DNA from: Tubiluchus corallicola
Lineage: Eukaryota > Animalia > Priapulida
DNA: 64,000 bases
Direction: 5' to 3'
Assembly: GCA_030141605.1 (NCBI GenBank)
Contig: JAQGDQ010000245.1
Span: 248,001-312,000 of the forward strand
The notes below the pieces were generated by a model. The model worked only from the letters and a program-made list of their open reading frames with translations. It did no database searches and had not been told where the DNA came from. Within the stretch, counting starts at the first letter, position 1, and every line of letters starts with the position of its first letter. Position numbers and translations under genes: made by a program. This document shows positions 26,301-38,100 of this stretch, piece after piece.

Positions 26301-29300
26301 ATTATTCTGTGTGATGGTAGGCGGCGGGTCAATCCAGCTGAAACTAACGAAGTAAGTGTATTAAAATTGATACCACTTTTCAGCTTTTGTTTTGATCTAT
26401 ATACTTTTTCGATTTAGTTTCACTTGTTGCAGCAGTTAAAAAATGAAAGCAGAGATTATTTCTTGCTTGTGATACCAGAAATTACACGCTTGTTCTGCAA
26501 AATTAAATGATAAAATAATGACTATGGTATGGGATATTACTACTTCAGCCTCTAAAGTTTGCCATATTTTTGTTTTTGCTGAATGTCCTACAAGTGCTAA
26601 AATAGAAGTACTAACCTAACTGTGTTTTGCACGTCTCGCAAAGGTCAGCAGTTGCAGCTGCACTTTGTAATTCAGCTTGTCGGTTTTTCTCCAGTCTGTG
26701 ATGTCTGAGCAGCTCAGGAAGTAGAAAGTTAAAATTGATACCAAATAATTGGCAAAACGTTGATAATAAGACTTTTAAGAAGTAAAATCGCATCATTTTG
26801 GCCATGCATAGAGTTCACACATTTAAGATGTAAGTTCATTATAAAGTTACGTACAGCTTTTTATTTTTTTCTCTTGATACATTCCTTTTTTTACACAGCT
26901 TCGTTTTGATGTATAAAATTGGAATAAAAAAGAAACAAAATTGCTGTTAAGTGAAACAAATAGATTACAAAAGTAAACGCTAATCAATAAGATCTAAGAA
27001 CAAGTAAGTAATAAGAACTCTGTTTTAAGCATCACTCCCGTCTCGTTCTCTAATGTCGTAATACTGTTATGCGTTCATGCTGCAGTTTAAGAGCGCAGTA
27101 TGCAGATAGTAAATGGCTTCAGTTATTTTTAGTACATACATTTACAACACATTTTTAGGTAGCTTAATATCCAGTGTTTTGCTCGTTTTTCTGTTCTTGC
27201 TTCGGGGTTTGTATGGTTAACTGTTTACAGTACTGATAAATTACTCGTCTCGTTTCATGTCTTATCTTTAGTTGCTTATCTTCAAGATTAGTGGTGAGAA
27301 ACAAATTTAACATATTGATACATACTTTCATCATATTACAATGTATGAATGTTTAAAAAAGAATGCAATGTCAACATCTAGTTTATGTTTGAAATTGTCT
27401 TTGTGTTTTACAGGACAACTTGCACGAAAGGTTGGCTTTGAAAATTGTCAATGAAATACTAAACGATCCAGATTCATTTGGCACACTTACCCTTACCAAA
27501 GCTTTGAATCAGCTTAACATTACTGGTGATAATACCACAATGCTAGAAGATTTGAGAGTCCTTACTGAGGAGATGCTGGATGCAAGTTTCTTACTGAATC
27601 TGAATTTTTAAGTTGCTATTTTTGTATATTTTGTGCTTTATTAATGATGTTTATTTAGTTAAATGTGCGGGCTTTTTAAAAGCACTGTGAGCGATTTTCC
27701 TGATCATTGCAGGAAATAGTAATAGAAAGAAAACAGTGAACATAGAACTGTGCTGTCAATCACATGCGCATCACCACCCAGTCGAATGGCTTAACATTTT
27801 CACACCTGTTCAGTATGTGCAGGCATTCAATTAATGTTACTAAGTTACTATTTCACAGGCAACTTCTGGCAAGAAAAGAATTTTAGACAATTCTTTGTTT
27901 TTTTAGTAGCCTAAAGGAATAAAAGTAATTAGTGTAATAAAATTTCCCTAAATTATAAATCCAGAAAGTGCTTTATAGGAGCAGCAGTATCGTGCAAAGC
28001 TGTGTGATGTGTGACCTGGATGTAATGCACTACAAGTTGACAACATAATGATATTTTAGCAAATCAAGTTCTAAATTACTTTAGCAAATTTCGACTGCTA
28101 CTGAAATAGGTCTATAATCATAGTAGCACTGCTCATCAAACTCTTGTTAATAAATTAGCACACCGTTGACCAGTTGGAACGAAGAAAGCGATCTTTGCAA
28201 ATCCACAGGGTTTAGGTTACTCATCTTTGTTGATGATCATAATTTGATGAAACGTGTATAAAGTTTTCGATTTATAACAACGTAATTATATTCTATGAAC
28301 CATATAACTAATGGAGTCGTAGGTAAATCTTTATAAACTTTAGTTTGATAAGTCTCTGTATTAACAAATTAAGACTGGCGTATTCATTGGTGCGCTGAAA
28401 TTCAGAAATGTTTTTGCGTAAATAAAACACAATCTGTGTTTTAAACTGATGTAAATGCTTGTAGAATGTATGAACTAACCATTAATATTATATATAGTGA
28501 CCATAATAATAACCAGTATTATTACAAAAAATAAAAAAGCCGAGTTTATTAGGAATGCTAGTCAGCCAATTTTTATAAGCAGTGTAGTCATTCTGCTCGA
28601 GGGCAGTTGAATGTGAAACATGGCCACAAGGAGGCAGGGTCAGCGCATGCAAGCAGATCTTTGCAGTACGATATAAAGATTACAATGTACGGGTGACATT
28701 TTTTGCAGAGCTACAGTTTTAAGGTGTGCAGCCAGCTGAATTTGAAGTAATAAATTAGCAATATTTGCTTGAGTTATGTACAAGTGTATATTGTTGAAAT
28801 TGTTTTTCAGACTGTGAAGAATAAACAGTGTGTTAAACAGCTGGAAAAATTCAATGGCACAATTGAAGCGTTATGCGCAGAAAAGACATTGCAAGATGGG
28901 GAGAGTCAAAATGAACAGATGGAGATAACTACTGAATGTGAGAAAGTTGGAGGGAGTCAGGTTAGTGAGCTAGGATCCCAACTTGAACAAACAAACTTGG
29001 GAAAAAGTAAAAGTGGAGAAGCAGAAGGAACAATGCTGGATAGTGTCAGTGCTGAGAACGAAATGGTAACTATAAATCTAATAATAAAAACGTACATTTT
29101 GATCATATTTTTTGGGGAAAAAATTACATTCAAAGCATCTTACCCATGATAAGCCAGAGTTACTAAGTGTAACGGTTTATTTTAAGGAACATTTGGGATT
29201 ACAGCAAATTTGTTGAAGAAAGAAAATTCTGAAAAATTGTACGCTAGTCAGTGAGGTCACCTTCAACAAGTTCGAGTCCCGACTGGTTCTTACTTTTTTA

Positions 29301-31555
29301 AAATCTTTTTTCAATAAATTAGCTGCTAGGCTTACTGCTGTTTCACCTAAACCATTAATTTAGTTAATTCTGGCAAATTTGTTTTTTAGGTTGTTATAGT
29401 GTCCAGTGATTGGCTCATCAATTAATATTGTTTTTTATTGTATTTTTTTATAGCAAGAAAAAGGAGGTGGAGATAGCGAACAAATAAGCTCTGCATCACA
29501 ATTAGCAAACACATCAAGAGCTGTTGGTACATTGTGATTTTAGTAATTGGTTAAAGTATAAAAAAGACTTAGCTAAAAGTGTGATTATATAACGCAAAAT
29601 ATTCTCTGGTGGTTTTGATTTTTTGGTATTTATTGTAACTTAGTTCCTTGTGTATATGCTGTACATGTTCTGCTGCTGTAAGAAAATGTTTGAATTTTTT
29701 CACTTTTTCATACGTGTGCATGCTTAGACAAATGTACAAGAGAGAATATGAAATGAAAAGTATATTTATTATATTATATGGAACGTAGATATTCTAGGTG
29801 TTTTTTCCTTTGTGTAAGTTTTACAAGAGAGACAGATAATATGTAATGAAAAGTATATTTATTATATTATATGGAACGTAGATATTCTAGGTGTTTTTCC
29901 CTTGTGTAAGTTTATGTAAGTATTCAATAGCTTCACAATTTTATTAGATGAAAATATTTCGACGAGAGAGGAAGATGTTTTTGCATCTCCAGGTTTGCTC
30001 AAACAGCGACCCACAGGACTGAAAAATCTCTGTGTAGATAGTTTTGTGGTGTAAGTACTCATATACGTTTCATTATAGCATATGCTAGATTTACCTGCCC
30101 ACGTTTTCAGACTCTATCACAATCTGTATATAAATACACAACAGCTGTAAAAAAACTCATAATGCTCATCAGATTGGCAGATTGCTTCTATTTTCATTTT
30201 CTACTTTCTACGCTGCACGAGCATGTACGCAAGACATATTTCAGAAGTCATGTCCTCTTTTGGGCAAGTCTGTTGTGCAATTGCCTTACATTGTACTTGC
30301 TAGTTCTAATACCATTATTTTTCATAGAGCTTGATTTAACTAATTTATTAATAAACATAAGTAAAATACCACGTCACAATACTTAAGTTTATTCGAGAGT
30401 TGATTTAATGTGAAAAATCTTATATTGTCCTTGTTGGGATTAGCATTTAAATGCCTGTAAGTGGTTCATTGGCATTTAGCTATTTTTACTGTTCAGTAAA
30501 TGCCTACTTGATGATGTAGTAATTTGTTTATGCTTAAAGTAAACACGAAACATTGTAAGGTAACAGTTGCTTGGTTCAGAATATAAACTAATGAAGGCAT
30601 TAGATTCAAGATCAGAGGCATGCTTACATTTTGTCCCTGTTTGCTACATACATGTTAGCTTACGTAAATCTCTATTTTCCCCTTTCTTCTGACAATCATA
30701 CTAGTTTTTTGTTTCAGTAATGAGTTAATTAATTGAAACTTTTAGCTCACAAAAAGAAGTGACAGATGACATTAGACGCAAAGCCAGACGGCGAAAGAAA
30801 ATGAAATCCACACGGCCTCAACTCAGCTTCTCCACAGATATACTAACCGAAGTTGATTCCTCTTCTAGGGATGATACAAAAAGGTATTTTTCATTTAGCT
30901 AGATACGTGCATTACTTTTCTTATGTAAATGCAAGTATTCTTACTTCAGAAGCCAACACTATTCAGCGAAAGATCACATAGCAAACTTGATAACTTTTAT
31001 GACAAATTACTGATATATAAGCAGTGTGTGGAAGATAATGTGGCCCAGGTGCAAGTCTACTGTTCTTTTTAGTTTTTGATTTGCTTCTAGGAATGGCCAT
31101 TGTTACAATAAAGTGTAAATGCACTCAAGGGGAAGGGGTAAGCACTCCAAACACTGGAAATTCGGACCCTTAGACCATCGATACCTCTGCCCTATGGCCT
31201 TGTCATTGTTTGAGCTGTGACCCTTTAGGTTATAACTTAGTCAACTGATAGTGGTTTATTTGGCATCTCTGATATTCTCTGCTATTGTTATTTTATTTTG
31301 GGAATCACTAAGAATATGACTACTAGTTAGTTCATTTTACTTGGACAGTTGACACCTTATAATTATCGATATCACTCATTCAAAATTTTTTTAAAATAAA
31401 ATTGTAAGCTTAAGTCAAGAGATTGTCAAATTTATGGCTTTTATTTTTTCAAAATTGTGACGTTCAGATTCCTGTTTGTTTTTTCTTCTAGTAAGAAAAG
31501 AAGTGCCTCTCAACCGATAACGTCTACAGTTCCAAAAGGTGATATTTTCGACTAA
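14301..31555 (+). CDS. NCAPG: Condensin I subunit CAP-G (NCAPG), ~1100 aa, 22 coding exons
   Basis: Phase-consistent exons: 14301-14393, 14723-14926, 15732-15960, 16955-17100, 17478-17562, 18348-18537, 20000-20149, 20454-20588, 21463-21673, 22578-22760, 23175-23282, 23441-23560, 23913-24113, 24526-24624, 25057-25238, 26186-26351, 27414-27581, 28811-29065, 29454-29526, 29948-30050, 30746-30883, 31492-31555 (sum 3303 nt). CAP-G HEAT motifs: MVVYEREPSVER, AVRYRVCQLINKLL, SRLQDP, AAEGTAKL, LLWYNP, LRHCLG. The last four exons are less certain. Confidence 0.93.
18716..19105. mobile_element. MITE (PIF/Harbinger-like) in NCAPG intron
   Basis: TIRs aagtcaagcttaggtcgact / agtcgacctaagcctgcctt, plus internal inverted repeats gacttgcgatgcaacgcaa / ttgtgttgcgtcgtaagtc. 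Superfamily is inferred. Confidence 0.7.
19214..19546. mobile_element. Tc1/mariner (pogo/Tigger-like) MITE
   Basis: 24-bp TIR cactc(a/g)tatctcggtttgccagac with one mismatch; TA target duplication on both sides. Confidence 0.9.
22059..22104. repeat. (GA)n / purine-rich microsatellite
   Basis: agagagagagagagagaagagggaaggaaggaag. Confidence 0.8.
29751..29912. repeat. Near-identical tandem duplication (~93-bp period x2) in NCAPG intron
   Basis: aatgaaaagtatatttattatattatatggaacgtagatattctaggtgttttt...tgtgtaagttt occurs twice. Confidence 0.9.
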
Positions 31556-32111
31556 GCGGATTCTTTATTACTGCTTCGTTCAAATGCAGTATTAGTAAAA
31601 AATAGAACTGGAGTATCATCAAGAAATTATCAACTTACTCTGACGCACCACTCTGACAGTTCCAGATGAAAAGACACTTTATGTTCTGTATAAATTATGA
31701 ACGGCCACTTATTGGTAATCATTGGATGAATTAGAAATTAGTAATTATATAGAATGTTGAGAATGCAATAGAATTGCATCTGCATTATTTGGTATCTTTT
31801 TTTATAGTGTAAGCATCTGGTAGCTTTGCTTATCAAGTGAACCTGTTACAACATTTTCTCATGAAAAAAGTACACTACAATGTTAATACAGCAGCATAAA
31901 TTTAAAAAAATCCACTTTATCTATAAACGTTATATTTGTAAACCGAGTTATTTTTAGCACAGTAGTAGAGTATGTAACAAAAAAATTGTAATAATGTAAT
32001 TATAGTAATTATACAAACATCAATTTTTAGAAAAGTAACAGCTTTATGTACAAGTGCTGATTTATATGGAAAAACAACATAAATCTCTATACATTCCTGT
32101 ATTATATCAAG

Positions 32112-35100
32112 TCACTTTTTCAAGAATTTATTATCCTTATCTGTATTTTCATCACTCTGGCGCTTTTTTGGAGATTTTACAATCCACGTGTCCATCAAAG
32201 TTTGTTGCTTCGGTTTTGACTTCCTGTAATGAAATGGAAAAAACCTGTAGCAGTAGGTAAATAAAGATAAGAATTTGATGCACCATTGCAGTAAGTTTCC
32301 GTTTCAATTGTAAATATACAGTAGAAGTACGTATTAGGATGTGTATATGAAGGTTAGATATACAGCAGTAATGTTAAGATATTTGAATGATGCTATATTG
32401 TTTATTACTTACATTTCTGGCAGCATTTTAACACACTCTGGTGTTTGGTTTCTTGAATTATTAACAATGGTTGAAACTTTGTGCCATGTGAGCATGTCAG
32501 CATTCGGTCGGCAGAGTGAACAAGCCTTAAAACAAAATACAGAAAGTGAAGGGAAAGTCCTTTTTGACAAGCATCGAGATGGCAATTTGTCATGGTATTG
32601 AGCTATAATTTGGGACATTTAAATCTCCAACAAAAGTTGGCATTTCTAATTGTCATTTTTAAATTAATTTATTGTAACACTAAAGTGGACTTTTATGCTT
32701 TAAAGTGTAAACTGAATCTTAAGATAGCATTCCAGAAGCAATCTCTTCCATAAGTAATTTGCAGCAAATTTTGTTTTCTAGCTTGAACATGCAGTATGGC
32801 AAATCTGCAATGACAATATAAAAAACTATACCACAAAAATAACCTAAATAAATATAATTGTACGCCTAACGGTTATTTTTTGTTATACAGTATTGTTGTT
32901 GCAGATTTGTCATACTGCATGTTCAGGCTAGAAAGGAAAATTTGCTGCGAGTTACTCTCCAACAGTAAGCATGAGCTGACTCAGCAATACGTGCAACGAA
33001 TCTTACAAGAGCTTTCAGACTAGTGAGAAAATACTGTCAGCAAAATGGCGAGTTTTGTCATATTTATGATATTGTTCTGGAAAATAAGAAAGCATACTTA
33101 CACTGTTAAAATTGTTCTCGGTGTTTCTAAATACAGTGTAGAGTTTTACAATATTATAATGTCATTTACTATTATTTGTCCTAACAACACACTTTTCATG
33201 TTGTATGCCTGATCTGTATCAAATTATTGTCTACTCTCAAGCAAGGTTAAACAAAGTTTCCAGGAAGCCACTTGCTGTAGTTTTATTCACCTTGTGACTG
33301 CGTTCACCTTATCATCGTCGTAATCATCATCATCATCATCATTAATTATTATTGTTATTGCTGTTTTTTGTTTGTTAGATATCCTTTCAATTTTAAATTT
33401 ACAGCAAATTCCGGCTGTTAATTAAAGCAGTCTACAAATGTTGCAACATTCTAATTATCATTTGTAATCTGTTTTTGTTCATTTGGATTCTCATTTTTCA
33501 CCTGGATTTTCTTTTCTTTAATATAGTTGGTTGGTTTAAGTTAAAACTGTAAACTTAAAATAAAAATTGTGAGTTTTCTACCTTAATTTTCATCGTGTTA
33601 TGTAGTTTTCTTTTGATTTTGCTTTGATATTTGTCATTTTGAAGTCAAACATGATTATTGTATTTCCATTATTACTTCTAGGCAAATTATGCAAATTTGC
33701 TTTTAATAAGATGTAATAAGATTTAACCAGTGTAAATACTATGGCCTGCTGATTTCCATCTTCAAGTCATTTGGTATTCAAAAATAATGTAATTTGTATA
33801 TTTTACAATGCATTTTGCATAGTGTTCATAAATATATGAATAAAAAATATAGCTTTTGTTATCTTAATTAATCATATAAAAATTCTCATGTTTTTACTGT
33901 GTAATTTCAATATCTATATTGCTTACAGCAGCTAAGAACTATTGCAAGTTATCGCAACAAATAGAGCTTTTCCTGCAAAGTGTCTAGAGTAACTTGCCGA
34001 GGTGCTTATGCTAGACAGCAAATCAACTCGCGGCAACTGGCGGAGAGTTTGCAATTTTTTGCCAACAGCAACTTACAGACAGAAAACTCGCTAGTCTGTA
34101 TGCGCTGGTATGATTGTGCAGGGGGCACCTTCTGAAAAATCATGTTAAATAAATGGATTTGGGATAGTGTCACACCTTTTTGTTTGGCACTTCACTGAAA
34201 TTCAGCCAGTCTCGCACTTCATCATCTCCGTCAAGTAATGCCGGAATTCTATGATGGACTGAACTGAAACTTGGTGGGGCATCCACCGTTATTACACTGT
34301 ATGAATATAGAGCAGGTCCCTGAAAAACATACAGAAATAAAAAAAAATAATTACTGTTAGTTAGTAGTGATAGTTATCAGTACTCATTTTTGTGTAAGTG
34401 TATATAGAATACAGTCTTTTTATTGTAAATTTCTGTATACTACAGCAGAGACTGAGATTGTTTATTTTGCATCAACACAAATGCAACTCGTACATTAGAA
34501 AACACAGCAATTTCAATAATTTAACAGTTAACAAGAAATAAAATTCTCAGCAAGAAGCAAATTTTGAAATATACTTAACTAAATACAGTAAGTTCTCGTT
34601 TAACGATGCTAGTGCGTTCCAGCAATATGCAACGTTAAGCAAAATGTTAAACGAAGCAAAGACATCCATAGAAAGTAATGTAAATGAATTGAGATACATA
34701 CCACAGACAAAAACCAATGCAGGTTAAATCATGTAATTTAAACATTTTAGGAGTTTCACTCATATGATTAATTTCTTTCTGCTTGCTTGAAACTACCTAT
34801 ATATCTTACTTACCATTACCTAGTTATAGCAGATTCTCTTTCGTTAGTGTCAAAGTCTATGCAATGGTTAAACAATAAACACTGCACAGTCAAAGCGAAG
34901 TCCTGGGCGACCTTAGGAATTTTATCTAGATACTTAGTCCGGTTGCTGTAGCAATAGGCTGCATGCACAAAGTTTGCAAGTTTGCCCACAGGTCTTACTT
35001 GATATGAATGGCTAGCATTTAGTCGGCAGTCGAGAAGAACAAAAACTTATATAATAATTACCCTGTTTGCATTATTAGAACATAATAATGCAACATGTGC

Positions 35101-38100
35101 TGTTTTAAAGCATCAAATTAGTTAAAAATGTTGTTGATAAAATGAAAATTTGCCTTGAGCAAAGCAATAAGATTGTCGTTAAAGTAAAACATGTCGATAA
35201 GTGAAAAAAGGTGTCAAATGATCAGCGTCACTAAACGGGGAGACGTTAAGCGAAGACTTACTGTACTTAGTTAAATGATTTGTGTTCCATGGCAGTAAAG
35301 AAGCAAAGCTTTTAAAAATGCCCTGACTGTGACATTTCAAGTAATACATACATTTAAAAAAATGAAAGAAGAGGTTGTGAACAAGCAAGGATGAGAAGAA
35401 ATGAGATGAGGGAAAGTTGACAACACAACAAAATAGAAATAAAGGGACAATTATGAAAAATTAATAAAGTAAACTAATAATAACAATGTATATTTTTCAA
35501 CATCAAAATTAAGAATGCAGAACAATTTTGCGAAGGCTAAAAAAATAGATGCCGCTTAATAGACTCATTTTGAGATGGAAGATTTTTGACCACATTAACC
35601 TACTAAATCTATTAGCTGCCGGATATAGTATTACTAGTATAAAAGTATAAGACATCACTGTTCAGCTTAGTATGCACCACAGCTAGCTTACTTAGTGTGG
35701 TTTAGTAAGACTGCAAGAGCTTTAAATGTTAGATTTTTATGCTTATTCTCTATTTTCAAAATTAACTCTGTGTTCTTAGTTGCTCTATGCTATTCAGGTT
35801 TGTAAAGTGGCAAAGAATGCTCGTACACTATTGCCACTGCATCGGTGGCATAACAGCAACAGATAATTGTGTATTCTGTGAAAAGTAGCAAGAGCTTCAA
35901 AAGGAAACCATTTGGCATGTGATAAAAAGTTTAGCTTTGGACAATGAGGTAATAGCAGGGGACAAGCGGGTAACAGATTCAAAGCAAAAACTCTACGCCA
36001 GCGTATTAGAACACGATAAGCGTACACGCTTACAAATAGAAAAGTACGTAACAAGAAAAAATGACATGGTAGTAGTAAAAGCTCTTTGATCACACGCACG
36101 CATGAACACATGCAGATGTGTCTTATTTTAAGTAGTGGCTGAAACAAAACTGTTTGTTAATTATGCAAAGTTATTTGAGTCAATTGATATACCTCAATTG
36201 AGTCAGTTTTTATGTACCTTTGAAAATGAGCGACCCGCCCCAAACATTTTGAGTCAGTTAAGCAACTGAATCTATTAATCGTGAGTCTAATATACGGCGT
36301 CCACTATGTATTACTTCCCATGCAATCAATGCATAGGTTTATACATACACTTGGAGATTTCCACACATCAAAGATTCCTGCCATCATTAATAGCTGCCTT
36401 CCTGACCAGCCACTTGTTTCATTCCACATTTCTAAGGACTTTTCTTCCATTCTTACGAATCCTGGTTTATTATTGTACGAGTAACAAAAATACGGTTGAG
36501 CAGGTTTCACACCGTGCTGCCATTCGTAGAACCTAAGAACACAAATTCCTTGACTGTCAGTTAAAAATAATTATTTTGCAACTAATTTTGTAACGTAAAT
36601 TTAGGGAAAAATAAGCAGCAATATAATTATCATTTTAGTCTCCTGGAATGAGAAAAAATGCACAATACAATGAGTGAATGTTGGTGATAGTAACATATTC
36701 TACAAACCTGGTCAAAAAGTTCATTTACTGAATATCAGTTGCATCTCAAGTAGACACTACAGGCAAAAAACTGGTAGAAAACAGTTAACTGCTATCATGG
36801 TAACAATAATTCTGTGCCATACAAGATGCAAGATAATGTAAAACATTCATTATATAATAGATAGTAACATACTTACTGATATTAGAGTCATGCATAACTT
36901 TTCAATGAAGTTTAAATTTATTTTGTTTTGAAGTAGTAGTTTGAAATCTTACCCATCTGCCACAACAACACAGCGACGTCCATGTGTAAAAGCCCCGCGG
37001 AATGAAGGCTTCTCTAGCATACCTTCAGAGCGACAGTTGCTAAGATTCAGATACTGGTCATCTTTTCCTTTGTACCAGGAGGGAACAAGCGCCCACCTCA
37101 TTGGCACTATCACCCTTTCTGATTGATCACCATTACCACCTGGAAAATGTTTGCTTGATGCAATCACTGGCCTGGAAGAAAAACAAAATGCTCAATCTTT
37201 AAATTCCGTGTTATTTGTGACTAAAATTCGAAAGTTTGCCAATTTGATTAAAGCTAATGATAGTCTTAAAATCTCCTCTCACGGTTATTATTTTCCTCTC
37301 TTAAAGTTTTCCATCATTACGCTACTCTATAAGAATAAAGGAAATGACAGAACCGCAAGTAATTGATCACCAAATACAAAGGAGTTATCTCTTAAGAACA
37401 TCCCAGAAGCCAGTTCTCACTTTCAAACATTTAAAACTGAGTAACTTTGTCTTAATTTGTCAACAATGTAGCCATTGTGACGAAAATATGACCCTTAGAC
37501 AGCACATAGCCAACTGGTAGCAACTAACAAGCAACATAATAAGTTTGTTAATAAACATCTGTTACATACAAGCCCAGCAGTGCAAAACAAAATTGTACAT
37601 TTGCGGTTCATTAATGGTATAACACAGGTTATCATTTTATTGCAGTAAGACGAAGTACTAACCCACTGTTTGTAGTTTCATAGTTCGAATAAAAGTACAA
37701 AATAATAAGCAAAGTCTTACCACTTGTTGTTTCATTTAAGATATGTTTTGTTTTAATGGCGAGTGTGCAACATGGATAAAGCAGCTTCTGCATTTTATTT
37801 ATTTATTCTTTTATTTCAGCTTGTAGACCTACATACATACATGCATACATAGTTTTAAGCCATAAAATACAATATACAAAAATATACATACATAAACAAT
37901 TACTGTACATTTTATCGAACGAGTTCACTTACGTATAACATGACGGTGAAATGTTATAAGAAGGTTGATAGTAAGAGCCTGTCCTAGGATTTTCTTTCCA
38001 TTGTGGTTGCTTCCATTTTCCTGTTGTCTTATCCCTGTAACTGCAAGCTTGACAAACTTGATTTGGCGACAGAGTACTGAAATCAATCAAAATCTAATAA

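Noticed and set aside
29255-29295. B-box-like gttcgagtcc (tRNA gene?)
   Set aside because: No cloverleaf or properly spaced A-box; at most a SINE remnant.
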